Assembly: GCA_964255285.1 (NCBI GenBank)
Contig: CAXUUL010000009.1
Location: forward strand, 1 to 64,000
DNA from: Ionaspis alba
Taxonomy: Eukaryota
Reading direction: 5' to 3'
Length of the DNA: 64,000 bases
In this document: one piece after another, positions 11,953 through 24,626 of the stretch
Position numbering within the stretch: position 1 is the first letter of the stretch
How the letters are laid out: each line of letters opens with the position of its first letter
Position numbers and translations under genes: made by a program
Notes under the pieces: model-generated
Told to the model about the DNA's origin: nothing
What the model saw: only the letters and a program-made list of their open reading frames with translations
Database searches by the model: none

Positions 11953-14900
11953 TCACGATCCTCCGAAACTTAGCTTGAGCGCAATACTGGGTTCGCCATG
12001 GTCATCCTTTTCGGGGCGATTATCTCGGCCATCTAATCCCCCCTCACGAATCACCTCTTGCATGATGGACCGCTGTTCGATATTCATCTTTGTAACCACA
12101 CCGCGAAAAGATTCCTGGTTCCTGCTTGCTAAAGACAGCAGTCTCGCCGCCACTTCTCTGTAGGCATCCTTGCCCTGGGCGGAAGCCTGTTCGAGGAGCA
12201 CAGGAATGAAGACACATAGTGCTGTGGAAGCCTCCTCCCCTTCTAATGTCGCCACAAAGGAGTCCAAGCAATGGGAAACCGCACCGCGTGCATTGTCTGG
12301 GTCTTCTTGGGAGGTATCACTGATGAAGTGCAGAAGACGAGGAAGCAAAAATCGCGAAATTGCTTCACCTGTTTCTGTCTTTGTTTCCACGAGCAGAAGA
12401 GTCCGTACGCAACCAGCCGCAACTTTTCCCAGACCACGATCTGATAAGCAGTCCAGCAGATCTATCAAAAGACTATTGACAAGTGATTCGTCCGGTGGAA
12501 TGTCATGGGATCCAGAAGTCAGGAGGATGACAGATGCCATGAGTGTATTGCGAGCACACCGTAAGCTTACGTCTGATTCTCGTCTCTGCGCATTGGCAAG
12601 AATCGAACGCAATCGTTGAAGAGAACTTCTCAATTGATTGGCAAGAGCAGGATTTTCCTCCGGACCATCAGTAACATTCTGTATGAAGCGTTTGAATACT
12701 GGCAGCATTTTTGGCACCACCGCGGCCTGGCAGACACTAGTACCCAAAATAGTAGTGAATATGTGGAAAATGCAAGCATGTAGATCGGCTCGAATGAGGG
12801 AGGGAAAGACATCAGAGACGTCAACTAACGCTTCGAGCGACAGAATTACCAGCGCTACCGCCTCGCTAGAAAGGTGGTGTCTCATGTTTGTGGGGTGCTC
12901 GACGAGATTTGGAAGTATGCCAACAAGTACCAATACGGTGACTCTTGTGAGCTCAAATAGTTGCTCGATCTCATCAGATAGATGTTCATCGCCTTCCGCA
13001 GCTTGACCAACAGACGGGTGCGACAGACATAAATTTCTGGTTATGTCCACGATGACCGCTTGTATCGGGAGGCCTTCGGTAAGAACCAGACGATCGAAAA
13101 GATCCATTGTTTCAGAGAAGACGGTGTCCTGGTATATAGCATGACCGGATACAGAAGGCCGAAGGATTTTCTTCAAGGCAAGAAGGATCTCGAGCGTGTC
13201 GTCCTTTCCATCAGATGAACCTGTTCCTGGCTGCGTTATCAGCGCATCGATGACTAATCCGAATAGGACAAAAAAGAAAGCAACAGGCTCATCGCGATAA
13301 TTGATGCCGTTGCCTGTTGTGGCGCTCCCATTGGCTTTTCCATCCTTTCCGTCGAGAGCGTCAAACACAAAATCACTATCTTGATCGATAAGACTGGCGA
13401 TTGCATCAACAAGTTTGAGCCACGAGTCTTGATAAAACTGCAATCTAAATGAGCAAAGAAGTCTTTGGGCAGCACAGCACAGCTTACTTTTAGCAGCGTC
13501 TGCCTGTTCAAAGCCGCGTATACAGTGTCAAGTCCATCATCAGGGTTCATTCCTAGAGTGCTCGAGATATCGGGTTCGAATCGTAACCTTGCGAACTCGT
13601 GCAGAGAGGAGAGCCAAAGGGGCGTGAGGATGGCGACCTGTGGCTCCATTACCTGTACGAGATATGCTTGCTCTTTGCTGGCGACTTGCAGTTCCGCCCA
13701 GGCGGACAAGACAGCCATTCGGACCATGGTTTGCGCATTGGAGCTAAGACCCTTAAGGTCACCAATAGAAGGGTCACCGGTTTCGACTATGATTGATCAG
13801 TGCAGTCCTGATTGATCAGAACTAGATTGGTACCAGTAAAGCTTCCAAGTGCAGATATCAGCAACTTCAGGATTCGCCCCATACGTTCAACGTCGGTGAC
13901 AAGTCCGGTGGCAATAAACGTTGCGCACACACTGACAGCAGTAGAAGCCAACTCGGGTGAAGAATCAGCACCAAAGGCGGGTGTCAATGCCGAACTTATT
14001 TGTGCCTGATATTGTTCGAGAAGCAATGCTTCAGCAAAGTCTGGATCTGGAGTTCTTCCAAACATCTAGAGGAAGTCAGTCTTAGGGTAAAGGACGACTT
14101 TCTATGGACTACAGAGTGAAAACTTGCAATCAAAATTTGATCTATTAGCTTCAGTCCCCTAATACGAAGATCGATCACAGAAGATGTAGAAGCAAGGAAT
14201 GCCATTCGGATGATATCGGAGACTCTTTGTTGTACGATCAAGCCCGCTGAGGACTTCGGGTTATTATGAAGCTCTCGAGCGACGGCCACGAGTACGTCAT
14301 TCAAGCACTGGACAGCAAATGCCCTGATCTGCCATTTCAACAACTCTTGACCGGCAGTACCATTGGGGCTGTCGTCATCTTTGTTATCACCGAGAGCAAA
14401 GCCTGCGACCTCTTCATCTTGCATATCCGGGGCCGCAGAGGCTTGTGTCTTAGTTTCTGGCGCTAAATGAGCTTCAAGGTCTCTCGTCACTGTTCTAGTA
14501 AGAATCTCCTGACAGCGGGAAATCCAACGCGCGGTTTGGGTCAAGCTTGTTTGATTAAGCCAGATTCGGACAATACTGCGCACACCATCCTGATCGGGCG
14601 AAGTGTCAAGCGTGTTCCAGATCTGATCCTCGAATCCCTCAGCGGCCACACCGAGAATGTGCTCTGCGTTCTGTCTCATCAAGCCGTAAAGACCGTCCAC
14701 CGCTATCTCACGTACCAATCTTTCCTCGCTATCCAGCCCTCGTTGCAGCTGGCCCACGTACTTTGTGAGGTTGACATGAGAGGGTGCGTAGAGATAGATA
14801 TGTTGCCAGCACTGTAAAGCTTGACCTTGAACAAGCGGAAGATCATCGAGGTCGAATTGCCGTACTAGCGTGATGATGAGATCTCGTGCTTTACTCATAT

Positions 14901-17900
14901 CCTGTAGATCTGGCCCAAGAACGTTTATGAGAGAAACCATAGTATGCGCAATGGCTGCCGGGGTCGTCAGAAGAGTTTCAGCGTTGGCCGTGCCAACAGA
15001 ATCAGCTTCCTCGCAGTGCGTGTCGGAGAGCCATAATTGGGTCACGAGACCCAACGTGCTGGGTAAATAACCAGAGAACGTCAGCCCAGCAGACTCCGCA
15101 ACCCTAGAAAGAGTATCGATGGCCCAAAAGTGGACTGTAGGATGCGGGTCGCTGCAAAGAGACATCAAAACGCCATGGATCTTACGGAGATGAAAGCCGG
15201 CCGCCATGCCACCAACATTTGAGTGAATTGATCCCAATGCCATTGCACATCCTGCTCGAGCATTGGGCTCCCGGTTGGACACAATGATGTCTACCAGAGC
15301 TTGCACAACATTGGTCGTAAAGGTGCTCCCAGAACCATTACAAAGGCGCCCTAGGGCTTCGCATGCGGCGTTGCGTACATATTGATCTTGGTCAATAATC
15401 AGAGCCTAAGACCTTGTCAGACCGGCCACTTGAAGGGTTACGCAATACAACTCACTTGCAGAAGATCCTCCAAGCATTTCTCCACCACCGGAGATCTGAT
15501 CTCTCCGGCGATCGCCAGGGTTTCATTTCTGCCCACTTTCACTGAGCCCAATACAGCCAATGCTATATTGATGACGATTGCGGCCCTTCTTCCGACATCT
15601 CTCAGCAGACTCTTTGCAACGAGGAACGTATGTAACTGTTCGAGTGTACTTTCCTGAATCTTTGGTTCTTGAAGAGGGAGAGCCATGGCAAAGAGATTTA
15701 TTGCGGAATTGACGATTTCAGTTGCTGGAGGGTCTGGTAGCGCTTCGGACTCGTCGTTACCACTTTGCGAATAGACATATACGAAATCATGTTCTCTTGC
15801 ACCGCATATGGGCGAAGAAATCTTGTGGCTGTTAGAAGCCAGGTAATTAGATGGAGTCTATGCTAACTTACAAGGTCCTCTATACCTTCGTCTACACCAG
15901 AAGTCTGATACCAATGGAAATTTCGACGGTGCAAATGCTCTCCGGGTAAAGCATCGATCTTGAATCCTCTCATGCATCCAGAAACACCAAAGGCATAGTT
16001 GTCAGTAACGTTCCATATACTATCGAAGTTGCTCCCAGAATTCGCAATCGAAGTCCCCAAAGAGCCTTGATTGTAGCCTTCGGGTTCAGCAAAGCATGAT
16101 ACAGTGAATGCTAGGATATTTGTGTTGGACAGTAGCTCTTTGCTGATATACGGACTGCAGATTGCAAGACGCGTGAAGCACTGCAGTACCCTACGCCGCA
16201 CCATTTGGACAAGATCCTGCAACTGCAAGGATGGCACAATTCGAGGGGACAGGTCTCCATCAGTTTTAGTTTCTGGTAGGTGCTCGAGAAAGTTGACAGT
16301 GTTTTGTAGCATAGAAGCGACGCGTTTAGAGACATCGGGAGTCAATAAACGACCATTAAATTCGAGAAAAGATAATATCGAACCTAGAGCACACTCTCGT
16401 ACATGAATCAGAAAGCTGATCTCCGTAGCATGTCTCTGACCGGCGTTCTCTTTGGTTAGAGCTCGCGGCAAAGCGTTCCGCCAAAGGAGCAACAGTTGAG
16501 AAATGTGGATCTTCACGAAATTAGGACCTAAAGGCATAAGTCCACCGATAAGAATCCAGGCCACTTGTACCTGAGTTCCTGAAACTCGAAGCTCGGCGTT
16601 GGCACTCGACTTGAGGAGATTGGTCGCTTGCTGAAATACCCTCGAACTTATCTCGATCGAACTGTAAAGGGGGTGTAAGTTCGAAACACTCAGTATAGCG
16701 GCCAGTCCATTAGCATATCCGATACATCTCCTTGCCGATTGTCTGGCAGTACTTAGAAGTGCAAGCTCCCGATTCACACTGTTCAAACAGATAGAGGCAC
16801 ACTGTATAAGCTGTTGCGGGCAAACGGAGATGAAGAGTCGCAAGCAGTACGACGCGTGTATTTGCACAGTATAGCTTGGATGCTGCAATACTTGGATCAA
16901 CCCATCACGGCAGCTATCCACAAGAGGATTGAAAGCAGATCCCAACGATTTAATGAGAAACGCTAGAAGGTTCAACACTCCCGTCAGTGTGTTCTTTGAC
17001 GGCTCTGCTTTCTCTTTCAATACTCTGGGATAGTTTTTCAGGAATTCATTGATCAAGAATCTTGCAGCGCTGATCCTGTCAACTTCGCCCAATATTTGGC
17101 CGCAGACCACATCGGCCAGGAGTTTTTGTACGAGTCTACGGGTTAGTAGAAGACGGAACCTGTGATGAGCAATTGCTGTGTTGCTGAGAACATCGACCAG
17201 AAAATGTTCAGCGATCATGCCAAACTGAGACTCCACGACCGAGATGGTGAGACTCTGTAGAACCTTGGCGTAGCAACAGATAATGGCGGCCCGTCCTCTG
17301 TTGCTGGTGGAGGGACGCACGTAGTGAGAGCAAAGTTGCGAAAGAATTTCCGGTAGAGTAAGTTCAAGTTGCATGGAGCTCTTTTTCCACGTTGGTGAAG
17401 CCAATCGCGTAGCATCGGAATCTTCACCATCGGCCATCGAGATGGACTGCCCTTGGGGAAGTTTTCTTGGCCGCTTGAGCTTTGGGGTCCTAGGCATTAC
17501 CGTTGCTGACTTCGAGCCCGTGTATCCTTTCACTAAGACTGATGCTAGACATGCTGCTGAGGCATTTCGAACAGCAGGATTGGAACAATCACCTGCTGTC
17601 CACATCGTAGTCTTCAAAGATTCAAAGTCATTCGTATTATTGAAATGTGTGGTTCTCTGCACAAGTCGTTGAAGACACCAGCAGGCACTAATCTGGACCG
17701 GAGCCCCTCTATCGCTGGAAGCAGCAGATCTGGCTTGTTTGAATATATCCCTTGCAATAGTCTCGTCAAGGGAGTGTGATACCGATTCGGTGATCTTGCC
17801 CAGAGTCCTGAAAATGGCTGATCGAAGGCCGACATGATTTGCAGCGGCTTTGATGAGTCGAACAAGTGCCGTGGAGGTCAAGCTCGAAAGATTGATGGCA

Positions 17901-18358
17901 CCATCTCCAGCAGCTTTGTATATTTCCCCGAGGCAATGAACGGCAGCATGCTTGTTCCTGATCTCCTTATCTCCCTTTCCGACAGTCAACAAGTCTCCAA
18001 GCTCCGTTATGCTCTCGAACAGGAGTCGTCGATCGCCTTTGGTGAATATATACGTGAGGCACCGCCCAACAGTATTGCGGACAGTCCTATTTGGTAACGG
18101 ATGTTGCAAGCTTATAATCTGTAGTAACTCTTTCTTGAGATGTGTCTGTTGCTCTTTCAGAGCATCAGTGCTCAGCGTCTTCGTGTAGGCTTCAAGTCCG
18201 GTCATAAAGGTGAAGAGATATAGATCCTGCTGCTCGGAGGCAAGCGAATGCAGCTTGGAGACATCGAGCTCGAGTTCGGGCTTGACGCCTTTTTTGGAGC
18301 CACGCTTAGTATCTTCATGTCCATTGAGGACCGGAGGCTGCTTCTGGACCGCCGACAT
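11953..18358 (-). CDS. LAA1: Large HEAT-repeat AP-1 accessory protein (Laa1/HEATR5)
   Basis: Six exons (introns 15822-15871, 15406-15455, GC-AG 14066-14127, ~13787-13833, ~13438-13486); motifs RAGCAMALGSIHSNVGGMAA, DPHPTVHFWA, PDPDFAEALLLEQYQAQISSALTPAF. Confidence 0.9.
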
Positions 18359-18511
18359 GGGTTTATCTTGGGAGTATTTGGGTGGTTGTTATAAATTCAT
18401 GGGCAGAAGGTAAGAAAGCCTCAGCGTCACTCGGCAAATACCTTCCATGCTCCGTGCGCCGCAAAATATTTTTGTGCCGCAGGTGAACATTTGAGCTCCG
18501 CATCAACGTGC
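18359..18511. promoter_or_regulatory. Very compact putative bidirectional promoter between LAA1 and TACO1
   Basis: Only 153 bp between the two divergent ATGs (18358 minus, 18512 plus). Confidence 0.5.
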
Positions 18512-19449
18512 ATGATTAAATCGTACGGAAGACAGGTTTTCCGCCTTGTACGAGGCTCTCCCACATCCAAAAATGCCATACAAACCTTCGCTACGAGTTC
18601 CACCGTTTTTTCAGGCCACAATCGATGGTCGAAGATCAAGCATGATAAGGGCAAAGTCGACGGGGCAAAGACAAAGCAGCGCTCGGCTCTATCCAAAGAA
18701 CTAACTATAGCCTCGAAACGTCTGTCACACCCGGATATGTTTCCTACTAGATTATGGTATGCTAATTCCAGCACAGAACATGGACCAGATCAAACAGCGA
18801 ATCCACGCCTGGCTGGACTGATTGCCGCTGCAAAGAAGGTCGGATTTCCCAAGGCCTCGATTGAATCAGCAATAGCTCGAGGGCAAGGACAGTCGTTGAG
18901 TGGTGCTGCACTCGAGAGCCTCACTGTTGAGGTTCTGCTACCTCCAGCAATTGCAGCGATCATAGAATGTCAGACGGATTCTAAAGCACGGACACTACAG
19001 GACCTGCGCGAGGTTTTCAAGGACTATGGTGCGACTATGACTCCCACGAACTACCTCTTCGAGCGGAAAGGCAGAATAACATTCGAAGCATCGCAAGATT
19101 TGGATGAGGATGCGTTTCTTGAGCAAGCCATTGAGGCAGGCGCACTAGACGTCGAGAGGGGTGAGGATGGGCTTGTCATTGTTTACACCAAACCAGCAGA
19201 TCTGACTTCTGTGGCTGCGGCCATGGAGCCCGCTTTGGGCCTGAAGGTCGAAAGTTCAGAATTCATATGGGATCCGAAAGAAGACACAAAAGTGGAAGTG
19301 GACTCTCCAGCAACGGAGGAGAAGCTAACAAAGCTCATTAGTAGGTCTCCGACTCCCAAGTGACCCAACAGCAGATCGTCTGACTGACATGCCTAGATCG
19401 CATAGAAGAAGACCCGAGTGTACAAGGCGTTTTCTTGAATACTGCTTAA
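18512..19449 (+). CDS. TACO1: YebC/PmpR/TACO1-family mitochondrial translation factor
   Basis: Presequence-like start, then GHNRWSKIKHDKG, NPRLA, IECQTDSKART, YLFERKG; introns 18720-18776 and 19341-19396; ends VQGVFLNTA*. Confidence 0.88.
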
Positions 19450-19785
19450 TGTCTACAAAAGGGGCAGGTATCCATCGAAGGAAGCTGAGCCGCGATGCTC
19501 CGCTGAGGTTGTGGATACACTGTGGCAGTGGAGTACCACGCAGAGTATCCACTCTGGAATAGCATTCATCCGATTTGACCTAGACTCATCAAATATCGGT
19601 AGACTTTGATCCCGAATGGATTTCGAGAGTCCTCTTGCCAGACCTCTGTCGTCTGCTGGTGTAAAGACCTGTTGCTAAATTCTTCTGACGCCTGGTTCCA
19701 AGCTAATAGTAAACAACGCCACCAATCTAGAACGAGCTTGATGTATGTCGGAAACCATTTGACCCTGATTCCCTTCGTCGCATTC

Positions 19786-20118
19786 TCAACTCTCAGACCC
19801 CTTTTCGGCGTCTTTAGCCTCTGTTTCAATTCCCTTCAACCTTTTAGCTCTCCTCTCCAATCTCCTCACTTTCAATCGTTCAAGTTCCCCTCTTATCTCT
19901 TCTCTCTCGAACGGTATTTTTTGGGTAGTCTCGGGCTTTGGCCAGAAGTCCGGGACAGAAAAGCGATTCTCCAGGTTGGTACCGAAATAGTACATCCAGG
20001 CTATTGGGAACATGATGTACATTCCAAACTACGAAAGGCAAACATCAGTATGATCGCGCCAGAGATGTATAGAAGTACATAAACAGACCTTGAAGATCTC
20101 AAGATTAGGGCCACCCAT
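19786..20118 (-). CDS. PET100: Cytochrome c oxidase assembly protein, Pet100 family
   Basis: MGGPNLEIFK | intron 20029-20088 | FGMYIMFPIAWMYYFGTNL..FWP followed by a basic coiled tail. Confidence 0.85.
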
Positions 20119-20474
20119 GGTAGGGCCTGGAGTTTTGGCTTGTAGAGAAAGGAAGGGGTAGCGACTACAGCATCCCTCTTAAGGCGAAGGTATTCGTGAA
20201 TCTGTCGATCATAAAGTTGGTGTATCAGTTCGTAGTAGAGATATGGTTTCGGACCGGCTCCGAAAAATCGCAAGCGTTTGACCTCGGCTTTGAGTAATCC
20301 CCCACGACTTAATTCCAGCCGATTCACCATAAGACGATCATCTGTCGTTGTTCGCGAAAGAGCAGCTGATAATAGAAATGGCAATCTTCTACATCTTGCT
20401 TTCCTAGATTCTTTTGGTCTCACAGATAATTGTACTCATTCATTGACTTCCATTGGCTCTATTTGCATCCCGCC

Positions 20475-21362
20475 ATGTCCACTCCCGAGGAGCAGGTCAC
20501 TCTGGCTATTCATGGCAAAATCGCTCTAATCACACTCAATCTCCCTAGGAAGCTCAATGCCCTGACTCAAGATCTTTACTATCGTCTATCATGCTTATTG
20601 CGGGAGGTTGCTGGCCGAGATGACATCTACATAACTATTCTTACCGGCAAGGGTCGATACTTCTCAGCGTGTGTCAACTCTCCCTGTGTCTTCCCTGATG
20701 AAGACATTTTCATGACAGATTCCCTGACATCATACAGTGGAGCCGACGTAACAGTCTCTCGCTCTCTATCGGACGGGGAGGACGTCCGCCGCACCACACT
20801 CAAGAACTTTGTTTCCAACAATCTCGACATCACAAATGCCTTCTATACGCATCCGAAGATCCTAGTTACTGCGCTCAATGGACCTGCAGTTGGACTTTCG
20901 GCAGCGCTGATCTCATTCTCCGACTTCATCTATGCAGCACCTCATGCATTCCTTCTGACCCCATTCACAAGTCTAGGATTGGTAGCTGAAGGTGGAGCAA
21001 GTGTTGGGTTCGTCCAGAGACTAGGCATTAGCAAGGCCAATGAAGCCCTGATCATGAGTAAGCGGATCACAGCGGAAGAAATGCTGCAAACGGGCTTCAT
21101 AAACAAGATCATCGACACAAATAAAGACGAACAGGAAAAATTCTTGGGCATGGTATTCGAGGAGGTAGAGGACCGCCTGGGAGGCCACCTGAACAGTGAG
21201 AGTTTAGTGAAGGTCAAAGCTCTTATCAGAAAGCCTACAAAGGAGATGATGGATGGACAGAACGTAGCTGAGGTCATGGGGGGCCTCGAGCGATTTGCAG
21301 CAGGCATTCCGCAAGAGGAGTTCAGGAAGCTTGCGAGTGGGGAAAAGAAGCACAAGCTCTAA
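20475..21362 (+). CDS. ECI1: Peroxisomal delta3,delta2-enoyl-CoA isomerase (crotonase fold)
   Basis: KLNAL, GRYFSAGAD after removing intron 20669-20737, ALNGPAVGLSAA, PFTSLGLVAEGG; PTS1-like C-terminal HKL. Confidence 0.92.
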   Translation: MSTPEEQVTLAIHGKIALITLNLPRKLNALTQDLYYRLSCLLREVAGRDDIYITILTGKGRYFSACVNSPCVFPDEDIFMTDSLTSYSGADVTVSRSLSDGEDVRRTTLKNFVSNNLDITNAFYTHPKILVTALNGPAVGLSAALISFSDFIYAAPHAFLLTPFTSLGLVAEGGASVGFVQRLGISKANEALIMSKRITAEEMLQTGFINKIIDTNKDEQEKFLGMVFEEVEDRLGGHLNSESLVKVKALIRKPTKEMMDGQNVAEVMGGLERFAAGIPQEEFRKLASGEKKHKL

Positions 21363-22162
21363 TGGATTCGCAGGAAGAATATCCAGTACACGACCGGAAC
21401 GGCGGCGCAACATCAATATCGCGTCTCTGCATAAAAGGATGTTGGAGAATAGCAAACGCCTTCGAGGATCAGGGAACTGCAGAATGGACCTGAGGCTCCC
21501 TCTCTGGATATTCGAAATATTTCTAGATCAGTCGTTTTTCGCTTTGGAGACACACTTTCTTGTTAATATTTTTGCGACCTGCAAGCCCTTATACACAGAC
21601 CAGAACTCTGTCTAGATCGATAAGCGATGTGATGGGTAATGGAGCTTCAACCATATTGTGTCTCTGAATATGACCCTGTATCACTCAAATCTCTGGAGAC
21701 AGTGATTATAGAACCACGAAGAGTCTCCATCGGGGGTTGCAGAACATTCTTTCGAGGCATAAGCCAGGGCAATGGGTTATGTACGGCGTCAAAGTGGTCT
21801 GAGGCTTAAGCGTATCTTGAAATCCAGGTGCTTCGTAATTTAACTTGGTCCAAGGTTACACAATCTGGAGAGTTGCCAATGGGCGATGTTCTTTTGGTAC
21901 TTCCAGCGGAATGTGTGGCTATCATGTCGGATCCTAAAAACTCACTTCGGCATACCGGTTGCTCCAGTAGTATAGATCCTTGGGGTTACGCCCTCGCGGA
22001 GAAAGACTGCCAATTCTTTGTCCTTGGGCCCCAGCCTGCTATTGCATACCGACGCATGACTCACGAGTACCAGACACCAACTCGAGAGCCTTGGCACTGA
22101 CAGCGTAAAAAGCCATTGCTCATTCGGGAAGGCGGCCAGAGGGATTGACGATTCTCTGTCTC

Positions 22163-22730
22163 TCATGAATGGTCATCCTCCTCCTTCAAACCACCATGCC
22201 GGCCTTTCTCTAATGTAGTTTCCCTCATTCGCTCCTCTTGCTTCTTCCAATGACTCCCTTCTTCGTAGTCATCTCGAATTCCGAGCGCCTTCCTCAATTT
22301 TTCGCTTTCCTGAATCTTTGCAGCCGCTAGTTCATGCACTTGATGCGCTTTCAGGCCTCGCTTCGACGTCTGAGCGCCATCTGCATCTGCGGTGAGTTTC
22401 TGACGTAGCCCTTCTGTTTGAGCCTCAATCTCCTCTTCGTCGACCCTATAAGCACCGCATGAGCTAGATCGATGCATCAAGGGTTGAAGGAAGTATCTAC
22501 CCTTCATCTTCAAGCTTATCACGCAAGTCAAAGACCTTGACTTCTATCTCTCGCGCTCGATCGTGGGCGAGGATCTGCTTGTCGGGCTGTCGCTGACGAT
22601 GCTTGATGTTATCAAAGTCTTTGGGGTACGGAGCAATGGAGTCACGGGGACGGAGATGGGAGAGGTTGCGCTGGACGTAGCCTGAGGTTCCGCTACCTCG
22701 AGGTGTAGACAGTCCCACATTCGAGGACAT
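22163..22730 (-). CDS. CWC21: Pre-mRNA splicing factor Cwc21
   Basis: MSSNVGLSTPRGSGTSGYVQRN signature; intron 22446-22500. Confidence 0.93.
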
Positions 22731-23147
22731 CGCAACAAAACTAATTTAAACTTTGTTGGATTCGTTTGGAATTGCTCAAGTATTTGAATGTTGAAAGGGT
22801 ATCTGTTAAGGATGATGGATATTGTTGTGTTTCCTATCGATTCAAAGGTCTCTCGAGCGCCCAGGTATACTTCGGCTGCTTGGAACGGATTTCAAAAGTC
22901 GTTGGCCAGAGCAAAATGAAAGTATACACTGAGCCGAGTACTGTTGCGCGATGCCTGGTGTTTGTGGGGCAAGCTCGACTGTCCCGGTCACGGAAATTAG
23001 TTTGGCCCTGTCCGCAGCGGCCGAAGCGCGTCATTCTCCTATGATTTTGCTCATGAATTACAGCATTGGTGCCTTTGACTTCCAAGACCATTATCCAACA
23101 GGCTGGAATCACTGCCGATATAGCTTCCTTAATATCCGAACTCAGAC

Positions 23148-24454
23148 ATGCCGGCAGCAGAGGCAGATCTCGTCGAGGACACCCAGGACTTGACTCGCCT
23201 AGCTTTCCCTTCTGTGACCAAATCACATATTATACATTGCTCCTACCACCACTGGTATAAGCTGTATACAATATCAATCTCGGTTCATCTAGCTCAGCTA
23301 ATTTCTGCAGATATCGTAACCTCACACCAAAAGCTCGCCTCATCCCCCTTACCCAGCCCTTCCTGTCCTACCTCCGTGCCGATGGTATCATATTGCCTGA
23401 CGAGGATGCATCACCTCTCGTTGATAGCGGCACTTTCTCTTCGAATGACTACTCCTCTGATGTTCCCTCCGATGGAGAAGATCAGGAAGACCCTTCCACG
23501 GCATGGCCAGCGATCCACAACGCCATCAAGTCAATAATCGTGGAACTGGGAGGAAGCGTGGTCCCGAAGCTGAACTGGTCGACACCAAAGGACGCAACTT
23601 GGATAGCAGCGACGAACAGTATGGAGTGTCGGGCCTCAAATGACGTCTACCTGTTACTTAAGAGCTCGGACTTCATTACGCATGATCTGGAGCATGCTTT
23701 TGACGGATGCGAGAGCTCGTCAAGTGCTGAACAAAATGCTGGGCCCAGCATGGGCGATGAAGAAAAGGCGGACATACATTATCATCTTGTACTCCGGAAA
23801 ACGATCCCTGCCATGATCACATCACTGGAATTTCGATGCTTCGTACGCCGAAGAAAGTTGTTGGCAATCTGCCAGCGGGACTTGAATCACTATGACTTTC
23901 TGCCTGAGCTAGTGCCGCTACTGCAAGACTTGATAGTAGACTTTTTCGAGGCTAAGTTGAGAGACACTTTCACGGACGAAAATTTTGTGTTCGATGTCTA
24001 TGTTCCACAGCCGAACGAGAAGGGGCGCGTGTGGTTGATCGACATCAATCCGTGGGCACCAAGGACAGACCCGTTGCTTTTCAGTTGGATGGAAATCCTA
24101 GGTATGCGGGACTCTCATCCGGAATCGGAGGACGTCGATAATGGCCAGAAGAGACTCTCGGTCCAAATTTATGAAAATGAAGATAATGATCCAGTCCAAG
24201 TAGATGAGGATGATGGCGGTAGCTCTGATGCGAGCGAGCAAATGCTGCACTCTCTTCCCGAATTTAGGCTAGTCAATCGAGATGATCCAGAAGCATATAG
24301 TTTCAACACACCTCAATATAGTGCTCATAAATTGCCAAAGGATGTCGTGGACGCAAGTGGTGACGGAGAGTCAGGTTTGCGGGAATTCATGGGTCAATGG
24401 AGAGATATTGTTGCTAGACAGGAGCGAGAGAGCCGGACAGAAACAGAGAATTAG
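23148..24454 (+). CDS. CDC123: Cdc123/D123 ATP-grasp eIF2 assembly factor
   Basis: Intron 23264-23310; [45 protein letters not shown]. Confidence 0.93.
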
Positions 24455-24626
24455 GCTACCAAATGGATGAAGCTCCGAGCTGATGATGCCAAAGTGGTGT
24501 GTTCTCTACGGCAGCTCAACTCCAAATTGTGTGACATCGTGTGTCCATACAACCACAATCTTCTCGTTCTGCAAGGGGTTGCCGCAATCGCTATGAATTC
24601 AACTGATCAGGAGCTTGCGAAGGATA

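Noticed and set aside
21363..22162. Short ORFs between ECI1 and CWC21
   Set aside because: Non-ATG starts, no motifs; consistent with 3' UTR or intergenic noise
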